Below, piece by piece: positions 38,431-50,000 of a stretch of 64,000 nucleotides of DNA. Numbering within the stretch: the first letter of the stretch is position 1; every line of letters starts with the position of its first letter. The position numbers were made by a program, and so were the translations under genes. The DNA is from an uncultured Verrucomicrobiota bacterium (GTDB lineage Bacteria > Verrucomicrobiota > Verrucomicrobiia > Limisphaerales > UBA9464), in assembly GCA_903907995.1 (NCBI GenBank), contig CAIVQH010000004.1:4049-68048 (forward strand), read 5' to 3'. The notes under the pieces were generated by a model, which did not search any database, was not told the DNA's origin, and saw nothing but the letters and a program-made list of their open reading frames with translations.

Positions 38431-41040
38431 TCAGGGCTGCGGATTGCCCCACACCGCACCGCCCAATACGGCCCTTGGCGCAAACTGGCCGAGCTGGCCA
38501 TCGCTGGATCGACCCCAAGCCCAGAGAGTACCGTCTTCGCGAATCCCGACCGAGTGATATTCTCCGCCTGAAATGGCCTTCCAGCCTGCCTCTGTGCCGA
38601 CCTGAGTCGGAGTCGTGATGTCGCTGGCCTTGCTGCCAATCCCTGTCTGGCCATCGATGTTCAGTCCCCAGGCCCAAAGCGTCCCGTCGGTGCGTATCGC
38701 CAATGAATGGGCTTCACCCATGGCAATGGTGGCCCAGTCGGTATCCGTTCCGACACGAACGGGACGCGAACGGGAAATGACTGTGCCATCACCCAGCTGT
38801 CCGCCGGAATTATTTCCCCAAGCCCACAGCGACCCGTCCGCCCGGATCGCCATCGTGGATGAGCCATCCAAGGCAACAGTTTTCCAAGTGTCATTGGTTG
38901 CAATGTGGACGGGACGGAACTGGGTTTGCAACGAACCGTCGCCCACAGCTCCTGGTCCCGTAGACGATCCTTCGCCATTGAAGCCCCAGCCCCAGAGGCT
39001 GCCGTCGGATTGGCGCGCCATGGCATGGGCGCCGCCAATCTGGACATCAATCCAATTTAGATTGGTACCGATTTTAACCGGGGCCAGCCGGTTTTGCCTC
39101 GACCCGTCGCCTATTCCGAAATCACCGGAGCCCCAGGCCCAAAGCGATCCGTCCGGTTGTAGCGCCATGGTCCGAAGACCGCCGGCAGTCAGGGCTGACC
39201 AGGTGACTTGCGGCTGAATGGCGATCGGGATGTTGGTGGCTCGTATGGTTCCATTTCCGAGCTGGTCATAGGAATTGGCCCCCCAAGCCCACAATGAACC
39301 GTCGCTCTGAAGCGCGGCGGTATGGTAGTCTCCGGCCGAAACCTGCTTCCAATTGGCATTCGTTCCCACGCGTTGGGGCGAGAACCATTGCTTGATTATT
39401 GGGCTCGTGGGACCGGCCAGACCCAGCTGGCCGTGATCGTTCAGACCCCACGCCCACAGTGATCCGTCGGTCTGCAATGCCACCGTGTGATATTCGCCCG
39501 TGGTCACGGCGGTCCAGTTGGTGCCTTCGCCGACGCGTTGCGGCACTCGAAATGAATTCGTGCCTCCATAGCCCAATTGTCCTGCTGCGTTGTCTCCCCA
39601 ACTGACCAGTACCCCATTGGTGCGCAAGGCCAACGAGTATCCGCGCCCAGCTGCGACGGCGCTGCAGCCAGTCAGCTCACTTTGGACCAAAGACCTGTCC
39701 GTGGCGAGGAGCCCGACCCCCAACTCGCCGTAGACGTTGTCAGTCCCCTGGGCCCATACGGAGCTGTCATTTCGGCAGGCCAGAAAATGTGTTCCCGAAC
39801 CACTGATGGAGCGCCAACCCCGGAGGCTTCCGATCCGGATGGCCTGCGAAGCGGGAACTGCAAATCCGCTGCCCCATTTCCACAGCGAGCCATCGCGACG
39901 GATTCCCCAGCTCATGGGCTGAAATTGGAATCCGGTGGTAATGGCGCGCCAGTCGCTGTCATGCCCGATCCGACCCCCTTCGGCGGGGTTTCCACCAGAG
40001 CCTGCTCCCCATCCCCACAGGGTTCCGTCCGCTTTCAGGGCGATCGTGAGGTCAGCGGCTGCCACCGCGATCCAATTCGTGCTGGCATCCATCATTGAGG
40101 GTGCTGGTGTAAACGCCAAGTCGGGCGCGTCCAACGAGCTGGTGCTGTTGCTGGCACCCCAACCCCAAAGGGTGCCGTCGTTGCGAATCGCCAGGGTCTG
40201 CCGGTAGCCTGCAGCCACCGCTTTCCAGGTCGCAAACGTGGCGACTGGCACCAGAACCAGCGAGTTGTTCGTCGTGCCGTCGCCCAATTGCCCTTCGACG
40301 TTACGACCACACCCCCACAGGGTGCCATCGCGCCGCAGGGCCATCAGGTGGGTGTAGCCGGTTGAAACCGCAATCCAGTCCGAGTTTGTGCCTGCCTGTC
40401 GCGGCTCGTTCTGGCTGAGCAGACTGCCATTTCCCAGTGCGCCAAAATAATTGGTACCCCACGTCCAGAGGGTGCCGTCCGCCCGGATGGCCGCGCTCAA
40501 CGAATTTCCTCCGGCCAGCCTCAGCAGCGGCATCGAGACATTCTCGTCCGGCTCGGCCTGCTGGGGGTCCGTGTTTCCCAGATATTCTGAAAAATTGGTC
40601 CGTCCGTCGCCGTCCGAATCTTCGAGCGCGTCCGCAGGATTCAAGGGCGACAGGGCAGGGCGATGATTCAGCTCATAGACATCCGGCAGTCCATCCTCGT
40701 CCGTGTCCAAGGAAGCGGACACGGCGATTTCCTCGATGCGGTAAAACCCGGCAGCCGTTATCGGGTCCGTGTCCTGCAGTCCGCTCGTCAAACCGCCAGA
40801 AGGCTGAATGTCGATGGGGGTGTAAATCGTGTCAGGCTGCGCGCTGCGCAGCAGCCGGTAATAGTGGTCCCCATCCGACGCCACGCGAACCTGAAAGTGT
40901 CCGTCGGGTTGGAATCGGGCCTCCGTGATCTGAAGATCCTGGGCCGCGAGCTTGCCCGTGAGCAAAACGGCCATGGCCGATTTTGCCAACAGACCTCCTA
41001 GAAATTGAAACGGGCTTTGGGAGGAGAACACCTTATGCAT
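38431..41040 (-). CDS. Secreted RCC1-repeat protein with Ca-binding DxDxDG motifs
   Basis: About 14 repeats of DGxLWxWGxNxxGQLG; DTDEDGLPD and DSDGDGRTN; signal-like N-terminus; start uncertain (41085, 41040 or 40974). Confidence 0.85.
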   Translation of the reverse strand: MHKVFSSQSPFQFLGGLLAKSAMAVLLTGKLAAQDLQITEARFQPDGHFQVRVASDGDHYYRLLRSAQPDTIYTPIDIQPSGGLTSGLQDTDPITAAGFYRIEEIAVSASLDTDEDGLPDVYELNHRPALSPLNPADALEDSDGDGRTNFSEYLGNTDPQQAEPDENVSMPLLRLAGGNSLSAAIRADGTLWTWGTNYFGALGNGSLLSQNEPRQAGTNSDWIAVSTGYTHLMALRRDGTLWGCGRNVEGQLGDGTTNNSLVLVPVATFATWKAVAAGYRQTLAIRNDGTLWGWGASNSTSSLDAPDLAFTPAPSMMDASTNWIAVAAADLTIALKADGTLWGWGAGSGGNPAEGGRIGHDSDWRAITTGFQFQPMSWGIRRDGSLWKWGSGFAVPASQAIRIGSLRGWRSISGSGTHFLACRNDSSVWAQGTDNVYGELGVGLLATDRSLVQSELTGCSAVAAGRGYSLALRTNGVLVSWGDNAAGQLGYGGTNSFRVPQRVGEGTNWTAVTTGEYHTVALQTDGSLWAWGLNDHGQLGLAGPTSPIIKQWFSPQRVGTNANWKQVSAGDYHTAALQSDGSLWAWGANSYDQLGNGTIRATNIPIAIQPQVTWSALTAGGLRTMALQPDGSLWAWGSGDFGIGDGSRQNRLAPVKIGTNLNWIDVQIGGAHAMARQSDGSLWGWGFNGEGSSTGPGAVGDGSLQTQFRPVHIATNDTWKTVALDGSSTMAIRADGSLWAWGNNSGGQLGDGTVISRSRPVRVGTDTDWATIAMGEAHSLAIRTDGTLWAWGLNIDGQTGIGSKASDITTPTQVGTEAGWKAISGGEYHSVGIREDGTLWAWGRSSDGQLGQFAPRAVLGGAVWGNPQP

Positions 41041-41162
41041 ATCCTGACCCGAGTGTGCCGGAGGAAGGTTCCGGGCAAAGGTCAAAGTGGAATGTCAGGC
41101 GCTATTTTAGAGGTATGAGACTTTGACGGGGGACAACCGTCAATCCGGTGCCCCGCGGTGCT

Positions 41163-41603
41163 TCATTCTCCGGCGGCGGGCCGCTTCAGCGTGAACGTTC
41201 CGTTGTCGAAGCGGCTTTCGTAGGTGGAGAAGAAGTTCGTCGCGTTGGCCTGGCCGCGCGTGGTGATGAGGAAACCGAGGATGCGCTTGCGTCCGACGAA
41301 AGTGAATTCATCGCCGGTACGCTGACCGATGAGCTTTGACCGGAAACTGCCGCTGTGGCTGCCCCAGACGGCGTGAAAACGTGCGGCGTAGGTCGTGGCG
41401 TCCACCTGCGTGACCACCGCCCGGAGCGCGCCGCTGTGGGCGTTATTGGTGTTCTGCCAGGTGCCCGTCCAGGCACCGGTGAGGTTGTCCTTGGGCGTTG
41501 GCTGCAGGCGGGTCGCCTTCCATTCCTTTTCAAAGGAGGTGCAGCCGGTCGCCAGCAGGGCGACCGTCCAGGCATAGAGGGTGGACCAACGGATTTTTTT
41601 CAT
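41163..41603 (-). CDS. Hypothetical lipoprotein
   Basis: LLATGC lipobox; beta-rich; ATG overlaps the GH31 stop. Confidence 0.7.
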   Translation of the reverse strand: MKKIRWSTLYAWTVALLATGCTSFEKEWKATRLQPTPKDNLTGAWTGTWQNTNNAHSGALRAVVTQVDATTYAARFHAVWGSHSGSFRSKLIGQRTGDEFTFVGRKRILGFLITTRGQANATNFFSTYESRFDNGTFTLKRPAAGE

Positions 41604-43981
41604 ACGCCAGTAAACTCGACGGTCATTGCGGTGGGCGGATTCGGCAGTTCGGCGATGAACACATCATGTTCCGCGTCGAAGGAGCCGGAAAAGAGCTGGC
41701 CGTTCACCCGCAGCCGGGCGGGAGAACGGGCCTGCCAGATGACGAGCCGCCAAGTCTTCACCTCGCTGCAGAAGGAACCGCTTTCGGCAGAGAACTGCAA
41801 CGTGAGCTTGCGCCGGTTGGTTGAGGAAGTGATCCGTCGCTGACAGCTGTCGCCCTGCTCATAGGCCTGGGTCAGGCCGTCGTCCTCGTACCAGTCCAAC
41901 TCGCCGCGCCCGCCGGGCCACAGATGCAGGGCGACGGTTTCGGTCGGTTGTTCGACGACGTACTGCTGGACATCCACCATCGGCAGAATGGCTCCGGCGC
42001 GTACGAAAAGCGGAATGGTGTCCGTCGGGGCGTCGGCGAGGACATGGTCACCGCCCTGGAATTTCTCGCCCGTCCAGAAATCAAACCAGGTGTCATTCGG
42101 CAGATAGACGCTCCGGGCGACCGCGCCCTGCCGGAGGATGGGTGCCACCAGCAGGTCGTGACCGAGCAGGAACTGGTCGCTGCAGGCCACGGCCACCGGG
42201 TCGTTCTGATAGTGCCACAGCAACGGACGCATGATCGGCGCGCCGGTCGCGCGGGCCTCGGCAAAGAGCGAGTAAAGGTGCGGCAGCAACTGGTAGCGCA
42301 GCCCGAGATAGCGGCGGCAGACATCCTCCACTGCCGGACCGAACGCCCACGGTTCCTGGGCAACGGTGCCGATGTTGGTGTGGTTGCGGAAAAAGGGCGT
42401 GAAAGCGGCGAACTGGAACCAGCGGACGAACAGCTCGGGCGTCGTGTTTTCAAGAAAACCGCCGACATCACTTCCGCAGAAGGGCACACCGCTCAGCGAG
42501 AGGTTGAGGAGCATCTGAACGGCGTCGTTCAGATGGTCCCAGGTGGAGGAGTTGTCGCCGGTCCACACCAGCGCGTGTCGCTGAATGCCCGCGTAACCCG
42601 CGCGCGTGACGACGAACGGACGCTGCTCGGGCGCGTGCTTCAGCGCGCCGTCGCGTGAGGCCCGGGCCATTTCCATCCCGTAGAGGTTGTGCACCTCGGA
42701 GTGTCGGCGCGGGCCATGGTCGGTGTGATGCAAGGCGTCGGGGGCGACGGTTTTGTCCGGCCGGGAAAAGTTCGCCGGCTCGTTCATGTCGTTCCAGATG
42801 CCGGCCACGCCGGAGTCGAGCAGCGCCTTCTGCTCATCGCCCCACCAGGCGCGGGCATGGGCGTTGAGAAAGTCGGGAAACCGCGAAATGCCAGGCCAGA
42901 CTTCGCCGAGAAAATCGTGCTGGCCGTCGGCCGACTTCACGAACGCATCGGCCTTCAAACCGCGTTTCAAGACACCAAAGGTGGGCTCATCTTTCACCCC
43001 GGGGTCCACGATGGTCACAACCTTAAAACCCTGCCGCGCGAGCTTCGCCATCATTTTGGAGGGTTGGGGGAAGGTCTTGCCGAAAGTGAACACGCGGTAC
43101 GCATCCATATGGTGGATATCCAGATAGAGGACGTCACAGGGAAGTTCGCGCCGGCGAAATTCGCGCGCGATCTCTTCAACCCTTTCTCGCGTCTCGTAGC
43201 TGTAGCGGCACTGGTGGTAGCCAAGGCCCCATTGCGGGGGTAACGGCATGTGGCCCGTCAGGTCCGCGTAGCGGGCCACGACCTCGGCAACCGTCGGCCC
43301 GAGGAAGAGGTAGAGATCGAGTTCGGTGGTGGCGGCGGACATTTGCCACTCGTCCAGCCGGGTCTGGCCCAGATTCCAGGTTTGCCGCGCCGGACTGTCC
43401 CAGAAAAATCCCGCCGCACGCCCATCGCGCAATGAAACTGCGAACGGGATGGAAACGTACAGCGACTTGAGGGCGGGGTGGATCGCCGGGGCATGCCCCA
43501 GCACATCGATGTTCCAGAACTCGCGGATGAGTCCGCGACGGTTGAACTGGCCGGTGGTTTCACCCAGGCCGAAAAGCGATTCGCCGTCGGCCAGGTCCAA
43601 CGTGAGGCGCGACTGTTCTCCCGCGAATCCAGTCGCACCGCCTTGCGCGGAGAACACCAGCAGGCCGTGCCGGTCGCGCAGTTCCCAGGCTCCGGTGGCG
43701 AGCTGAAAAGTGAGCCTGCCGGCTTCGGTCGTGAGGGAGGCGGTGGTCTTGTCCGCGGCGACCTGCGTCGGCACGGCGGGCCAATCGGCTTTGTCCACGG
43801 CCCATGACGGGGTGTTGGGCAATGACCGACCCCGGGCAATCCGCAACCGCAGCAGGTCCGGCGTCAGTGCGGTGATCTCCACCACCGCCTGGCTGGCGGT
43901 GAGCCGTAACGCGGGCCCCGCTTGCGGGATGACGCGGAGCTGCCGTAGCGGCGAAAAGTTCGGTACGGCGGCTTTCTTCAT
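41600..43981 (-). CDS. Glycoside hydrolase family 31 (alpha-glucosidase-like)
   Basis: GYHQCRYSY, WNDMNEP (nucleophile), WTGDN (acid/base), GSDVGGF. Confidence 0.93.
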   Translation of the reverse strand: MKKAAVPNFSPLRQLRVIPQAGPALRLTASQAVVEITALTPDLLRLRIARGRSLPNTPSWAVDKADWPAVPTQVAADKTTASLTTEAGRLTFQLATGAWELRDRHGLLVFSAQGGATGFAGEQSRLTLDLADGESLFGLGETTGQFNRRGLIREFWNIDVLGHAPAIHPALKSLYVSIPFAVSLRDGRAAGFFWDSPARQTWNLGQTRLDEWQMSAATTELDLYLFLGPTVAEVVARYADLTGHMPLPPQWGLGYHQCRYSYETRERVEEIAREFRRRELPCDVLYLDIHHMDAYRVFTFGKTFPQPSKMMAKLARQGFKVVTIVDPGVKDEPTFGVLKRGLKADAFVKSADGQHDFLGEVWPGISRFPDFLNAHARAWWGDEQKALLDSGVAGIWNDMNEPANFSRPDKTVAPDALHHTDHGPRRHSEVHNLYGMEMARASRDGALKHAPEQRPFVVTRAGYAGIQRHALVWTGDNSSTWDHLNDAVQMLLNLSLSGVPFCGSDVGGFLENTTPELFVRWFQFAAFTPFFRNHTNIGTVAQEPWAFGPAVEDVCRRYLGLRYQLLPHLYSLFAEARATGAPIMRPLLWHYQNDPVAVACSDQFLLGHDLLVAPILRQGAVARSVYLPNDTWFDFWTGEKFQGGDHVLADAPTDTIPLFVRAGAILPMVDVQQYVVEQPTETVALHLWPGGRGELDWYEDDGLTQAYEQGDSCQRRITSSTNRRKLTLQFSAESGSFCSEVKTWRLVIWQARSPARLRVNGQLFSGSFDAEHDVFIAELPNPPTAMTVEFTGV

Positions 43982-44041
43982 TCGGTTGGCGCAGGCTAAC
44001 CGCACCGTGCCGCAGGGAGAAGACTAAGGGCGTCCGGTAAA

Positions 44042-45025
44042 TCACTGACCGGCTGCATGGGCATCCGCCTCCTTGGCCCAACGACCGGCGATGATGCCGC
44101 AGATGAGCAGTTGGAGCGGGTGATACACCATGATCGGCAGCAGGATCAGGCTTAGGCCGGGGGTGGCACCGAAGATGAGCTGCGCCATGGGGACGCCTGA
44201 GGCCAGGGTCTTCTTGGAGCCGCAGAAGACGGCGGCGGCACGGTCGGCGGGGGTGAAGCCCAGCGCGTTGCAGGCCCACGTCGTGGTGTAGAGCACGAGG
44301 TAGAAGAGCGCCGTCGAACCGATCAGGGTGGCCACGACCGGTTCCACGCCGTGCTGCGACCAGACGTGTGTTTTCATCGAGTCGCAGAAGGAGGTGTAAA
44401 CGAGAATGAGGATGGTGACCCTGTCCACTACCGCGAGGCGCTTCTTATGCTGGTGGGCCCATCCGCCCAGCCACGGGCGGGCGAGCTGGCCAATCGCCAG
44501 CGGCAGCACCAGCCACAGGAGCAGGTCGAGGATGACCTTGCCGAGCGGCATGTGCTGTCCCCCCTGCTTCAGCACCAGTCCGATCCAGAGCGGAGTGAGG
44601 AAGATTCCCAGCAAACTGGAAAGCGTGGCGTTGAAGACTGCGGCCGGGACGTTGCCACGGGCGGCCGCGGTCATGGCCACAGAAGACGAGACTGTGGAGG
44701 GCAGGGCGCAGAGATAGAAGAAACCCAGCCGGAGATCCTTCGGGAAATGCTCGCCCAAGGCCCAGAGCGTCAGCAGGCCGATCAGCGGGAAGAGCAGGAA
44801 GGTGGAGGCCTGCACCAGCAAATGCAGCCGCCATTGCAGGGTGCCGGCCTTTAGCGCGGCGAAGGAGAGTCCGAGCCCGTTGAGGAAAAACACCAGGGCG
44901 CCGCCGGCTTTCGTCAGCAAGTCCGGATGCAGAAAACCGTCCTTGGCTCCGGGGTCGGGCCACAGCCACGCCAGGAAGATGGCGACGACCATGCCCTTCA
45001 TGAACCAGTCAAATTTGAACTTCAT
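44042..45025 (-). CDS. Bile acid:sodium symporter-family protein (SLC10A7/YfeH-like)
   Basis: [43 protein letters not shown]. Confidence 0.88.
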   Translation of the reverse strand: MKFKFDWFMKGMVVAIFLAWLWPDPGAKDGFLHPDLLTKAGGALVFFLNGLGLSFAALKAGTLQWRLHLLVQASTFLLFPLIGLLTLWALGEHFPKDLRLGFFYLCALPSTVSSSVAMTAAARGNVPAAVFNATLSSLLGIFLTPLWIGLVLKQGGQHMPLGKVILDLLLWLVLPLAIGQLARPWLGGWAHQHKKRLAVVDRVTILILVYTSFCDSMKTHVWSQHGVEPVVATLIGSTALFYLVLYTTTWACNALGFTPADRAAAVFCGSKKTLASGVPMAQLIFGATPGLSLILLPIMVYHPLQLLICGIIAGRWAKEADAHAAGQ

Positions 45026-45234
45026 GGATCAGCAGGAACCCGGCACGGGAAGCAGCCCCGGCGAGTGGCGTGGGTCAGGCGCACCGGCGAAATCCGCACG
45101 GCGCGGTCATCGTTGGCGAGGCGGTCGTGGTTGTCCACGCGGAAGCCTTCATGGAACGCCCCCGGGAGGAGCAAGCTGCAAGCTGCCCCTCGACTTCGGG
45201 ACGATTCGGTCCTATCAATCCGCGCCGTTTTTCT

Positions 45235-47043
45235 ATGTCTGAGTCCGTGACCAACCTGCCCGCCGAACCTGCCGCCACGAGCGATTTCATCCGCGACATT
45301 GTCGCCGCCGATCTCGCCAGCGGGAAGCACACGCACATCCACACCCGTTTTCCGCCCGAGCCGAACGGCTATCTGCACATCGGCCATGCGAAGTCGATCT
45401 GCCTGAATTTCGGCATCGCCCGGCAGTTTGGCGGCACCTGCAACCTGCGGATGGACGACACCAACCCGACCAAGGAGGACATCGAATACGTCGAATCCAT
45501 CCAGGCGGATGTGCACTGGCTCATCGGCGGCTGGGCGGACGACCGGCTCGGGCTGAAGCCCAAGGGCAAGACGCCGGACATCCTGACCGTGAAGGGGCAG
45601 GCGGATTTTCAGCTTCCGGCGGTAACGGCGGGTGCGCGGGACGGGTTGGAGCCGTTCTATGCGTCGGATTACTTCGACCAGATCTACGACTACGCGGTTC
45701 AGCTGATCCGCGCGGGCCATGCGTTTGTCTGTGACCTGTCGCTGGAGGACATGGAGAAGTTCCGGGGCACGCCGGATCGTCCCGGCACGAACAGCCCGTT
45801 CCGTGAACGTTCCGTGGCGGAAAACCTCGACCTGTTCGCGCGGATGAAGGCCGGCGAGTTCCCGGATGGCGCACGCACGCTGCGGTCGAAGATCGACATG
45901 GCGTCGCCAAACATCTGGCTGCGCGATCCCGTGATCTACCGCATCCGGCACGTGGAGCACCATCATACCGGTGGGAAGTGGTGCCTGTACCCGATGTACG
46001 ACTTCGCGCACTGCCTGAGCGACTACATCGAGGGCATCACACACAGCATCTGCACCCTTGAGTTCGAGGTCCACCGGCCGTTGTACGACTGGATCCTCAA
46101 TTCGCTGGGCCTGCCACGTTCGCTGCCGCGCCAGATCGAATTTGCCCGGCTGAACCTCGGCTACACCGTGATGAGCAAGCGCAAGCTCATGCAGCTGGTG
46201 GAGGAAAAGCTCGTCACCGGCTGGGATGACCCGCGGCTGCCCACCATTTCCGGCCTGCGTCGGCGGGGCGTGCCGGCGAGCGCGTTGCGGACCTTTGCGG
46301 CCACCATCGGGGTGACGAAGTTCAACGCGCTCACCGACGTAGCTGTGCTCGAGCACGCGATCCGGACCGAGCTGAACGCGACGTCACAGCGGCGGTTGGC
46401 CGTGCTGCGTCCGCTCAAGGTCGTCCTGACCAACCTCGCCGCCGGCGAGGTGATTGAGTTCGAGGCGGTGAACAATCCGGAAGACCCGGCGGCGGGCACG
46501 CGAAAGATCCCGTTCACGCGCGAGCTGTACATTGAGCAGGAAGATTTCATGGAAGTGGCCCCGCCGAAGTATTTCCGGCTGCGTCCCGGTGGCGACGTGC
46601 GGCTGAAGTACGCCTGCATCATCCATTGCGACGAGATCGTGAAGGACGCGACGGGCCAGGTGGTCGAGGTGCGCTGCACGGCCGATCTGGAATCACGCGC
46701 CGGCGGCGTCAACGCGGCCCGCAAGGTGAAGGGCACGATTCACTGGGTCAGCGCCGCACAGTCAGTGGCGGCCGAGGTCCGGCTGTACGACCGGCTGTTC
46801 ACGGAGGAGGAGCCGGAGCAGGGCGGGCGCGATTTCAAGAGCGTCCTGAACGCCCATTCGCTGGAGGTGGTGCAGGCCCGGCTGGAGCCATCGCTGGCCG
46901 ATGCCCCGGCGGAGACGCGCTACCAGTTTGAGCGTCTGGGATACTTCTGGCCCGACCCGAAGGATTCGCAGCCTGGCCGGCCGGTTTTTGCCCGCACGAT
47001 CACGCTCAAGGACACCTGGGTGAAAGTCGCGGGCAAGGCCTGA
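45235..47043 (+). CDS. glnS: Glutamine--tRNA ligase
   Basis: [34 protein letters not shown]. Confidence 0.96.
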   Translation: MSESVTNLPAEPAATSDFIRDIVAADLASGKHTHIHTRFPPEPNGYLHIGHAKSICLNFGIARQFGGTCNLRMDDTNPTKEDIEYVESIQADVHWLIGGWADDRLGLKPKGKTPDILTVKGQADFQLPAVTAGARDGLEPFYASDYFDQIYDYAVQLIRAGHAFVCDLSLEDMEKFRGTPDRPGTNSPFRERSVAENLDLFARMKAGEFPDGARTLRSKIDMASPNIWLRDPVIYRIRHVEHHHTGGKWCLYPMYDFAHCLSDYIEGITHSICTLEFEVHRPLYDWILNSLGLPRSLPRQIEFARLNLGYTVMSKRKLMQLVEEKLVTGWDDPRLPTISGLRRRGVPASALRTFAATIGVTKFNALTDVAVLEHAIRTELNATSQRRLAVLRPLKVVLTNLAAGEVIEFEAVNNPEDPAAGTRKIPFTRELYIEQEDFMEVAPPKYFRLRPGGDVRLKYACIIHCDEIVKDATGQVVEVRCTADLESRAGGVNAARKVKGTIHWVSAAQSVAAEVRLYDRLFTEEEPEQGGRDFKSVLNAHSLEVVQARLEPSLADAPAETRYQFERLGYFWPDPKDSQPGRPVFARTITLKDTWVKVAGKA

Positions 47044-47066
47044 GCGGACGGCGTCGGCGTCCGACC

Positions 47067-50000
47067 CTACTCCGCCGTGACGGCAATGATCAGCGGAGCG
47101 GGTGCCAGGTCCGCCGTCTTCAGATCAATGGTGCTGATCGGAACATCGGGGCGGGGGTTGTCCCGGGTCATCTTCATCATGCGGACGCGACCGTTCCCCG
47201 ATTCGGAACCGGGAGTCGTGCCTACCCATACCACCATGCTGTCCGTTTTCGCACGATGGCTTCGCGGATTGTACTGGATGTTGTCGAGCTCCTTTTGTGC
47301 CCCCCAAGGAAAGTCGGCCTGCTGTCCGTCCGCGTAATGGATCACGCAGTGTCCCACCGCCTGCCTGCGGGGGAATGAGCTGAAGAGGGAATCCACGCCG
47401 CCCAGAAAGTGCAGTCGCCTCGCTGAGCGATTGACCTCAATGCCATCCGCGGATGGCGGCAGATTGGTCAGATACTTGGCCATTTCCACGCCCCGCAACT
47501 GGATGATCCCGCGAACATCAAACAGGGTGCCACCAAACTCCTGCACCCCTTGGGGCAGGGAGGCAAAGGACTTGTCCAAGGGACTGTCACTGGACCATGA
47601 CCGTGCATCCAGTCTCAGATTGTAGAAATGACTCAGATCCAACAGGTTGGATGGAGTGTTACTGATGCGCAGGGGATACGGATGAGTCACCGGCAGCGGG
47701 GTGGGCAACGCCGGCGACATTTGGATGGGAGCCACCACGGCATGGTCAGCCAAATCGGCCGATGGTGTCAGAAGTTTCGGTTCAGGGAGGGACAGGTGGA
47801 AGGCGGCGATTTCCGAGCGGATTTCCTCGAGATCCCAAAGTTCGATCTGGTCGGCACCCGTGGCGGCGGCCACAAACCGCTGGTTGGGGCTGAACGTCAG
47901 GCTGGCCAGGGTCGTCGGCTGCGGGGAGGTCAGCGTGACCAGATGGTCCCAAGTGCCGGTGCGGAGCAGTTCGACCTTGCCGCGGGCGATGACTACCGCC
48001 GCGACCTTACCATCCGGAGACCAGGCGGCGGCGGCGGGGGTATGATAGATGTTCCCGCCCGCAGCCACCTCATGTTTCAACGCTCCCCCGGGTAATTCCC
48101 TGAAGCAATGCTCATCCAACGAGCTGGCCAGCAACCATTTCCCATCCGCGTTGAACGTGGTGATCGCGTCACTGAGATGGAATGTGATGGGGTCCACGGT
48201 GTTGGAGAAGCTGCGCACGCAAACCAGATTGGTGCCAAGGTCCCGGGTGGCGGTCCAGCGGGCCTCATTGCTTACGGCGGCCACAAGGGCGGCGGGCGCG
48301 GGCACGCGTTGTATTTCGTCCCCCGTGTTGGCATCCAGCAGCATGACGGGTCCGCCACCGGTGCATAGCGCCAGAATGGAGCCATCCGGAGAAAGCGTGC
48401 CCGGCTCCAGCCAGACGGTTCCGGGAATGCTTTTGCGCTGGCGCTCTGCCAGCCTCATCACTCCGTTGCCGACCACCACATCGAACCAGTAGATCTGGTC
48501 ACGGTCATGCGCGAGGACGGAGTTTCCGCCCCTTAAAAACCAGGCGCCGGTCAGGGCAAAGGCCGGGTGGAAAAGAATTCTTTGCCCGGTGGTGGTATCG
48601 TAAACATGCAGGCCGGCCTGCTTGGTCACCAGCAGCCAGCGTCCGCTGGGGCTGAAGCTCAGGCACCGCGTTTTTTGGCTGCCCTCATCCACGCAGTTGA
48701 GGCGCCGGAAGCCCTTGGACGGCAATACCGGCGTCCACCCCCATCGCTCCTCGTTCCCGAAATGAAGCCGGTGGTTGTCGCTGCTGTTTTGGTAGGCCTG
48801 ATACCGCTCGCTGATCAGGAGCCGCTCCCCGCTGAACGGATCCCAGCAGGCGGTATGGCCATCCCGGCTGGTGGAAAGCAATCGTTGACCGTCTTCGCTG
48901 AAGAACAGGCGGATGACGCTGTCCCGGTGGTCCTTCAGCACGATTGTCTTCTCGTTGCGAAGATTCCAGATCCGGATATCCCCGAAGTAATCGCCCGCCA
49001 CGACCAGGTCCCCATTCCACGCGATCGTGATGATGCCTGCAGTATGGCTGAGGCGGGAAACGACCTTGCCCTGGCGACGGTCCCAAAATTCCACGTTACG
49101 CCCCGCGATCCGGGCCAGCAACGGCACCGATGGGTCCGGATCGAAGACGACCTCATCCTCCATGTTGCTGGGCAGCGGCGGTTCTTCAAGCCGGCGACCA
49201 TCCGAGACGTCCACCAAGGCTGGGCGTCGCTGGCCATCGGCCACCAGCAGCAGGTGTCCATCCGGGGAGAAAGGACCGGCGCGCAAGCCCGGGAGCACCG
49301 CGTTCAGGCGTTTCTCCCTGAGGTTCAGGATTTCGAGGAACCCGTTGGTGCTGTCCTTGTCATGGACCACGGCCGCGTTGCTTCCGTCGGGAGACATGAA
49401 AATCTCGTCGGCATCAAGGGGGCGATACGGGTGCCAGCGCCACAGTTCCTGATCGCTCTCGGTGCTGCGTAACGTGAGTGTCGCGTTGGTCTCCGCCATC
49501 AGATAGCGCGAAAAATCCGGGGTGAAGCAAACCGGCAGGCTCCGCCCGGCCCGCGGGTGCGTGACCGCCAGCGATGAGTAGTCAAACAGGGCGAACTGGG
49601 CCACTGCCTCGTCGAGCAGGCGGCCGGGGGAGCGGATCGAGGTCGCCTCAGCCAGCGAGCGCAGGCCGTCCTCCTTGTGTCCGACCACATCGCTCAGCCG
49701 CTGCGCCTCGGCCTGGGCCAGGCGCGCTTCCTGAAGTTTGTTTTGCGCCTGTTCATTGGCGTTCTCGGCCCGGGTGGCCGCCTTCGCCAGCCGGGCGGCC
49801 ACCCAGGGGGCCCCGATCGCCAGCGTCAGCAGCAGCACCACCACCACGGCGGTCAGTGCGGCCACGACCGGGCGTCGCCGGGCCCAGCGCCAGGCCCGTT
49901 CGGCGGGGTTCACGGGCCGGGCCAGAATGGGCTCGCCCTTCAGGTAGCGCTCCAGATCTTCGGCCAGGGCCAGAGCGGAGGCATAGCGGCGCTCCGGCTC

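Noticed and set aside
38431-40520. RCC1 repeats as a diversity-generating or DNA repeat array
   Set aside because: Repeats are diverged at the DNA level; no template repeat or reverse transcriptase nearby
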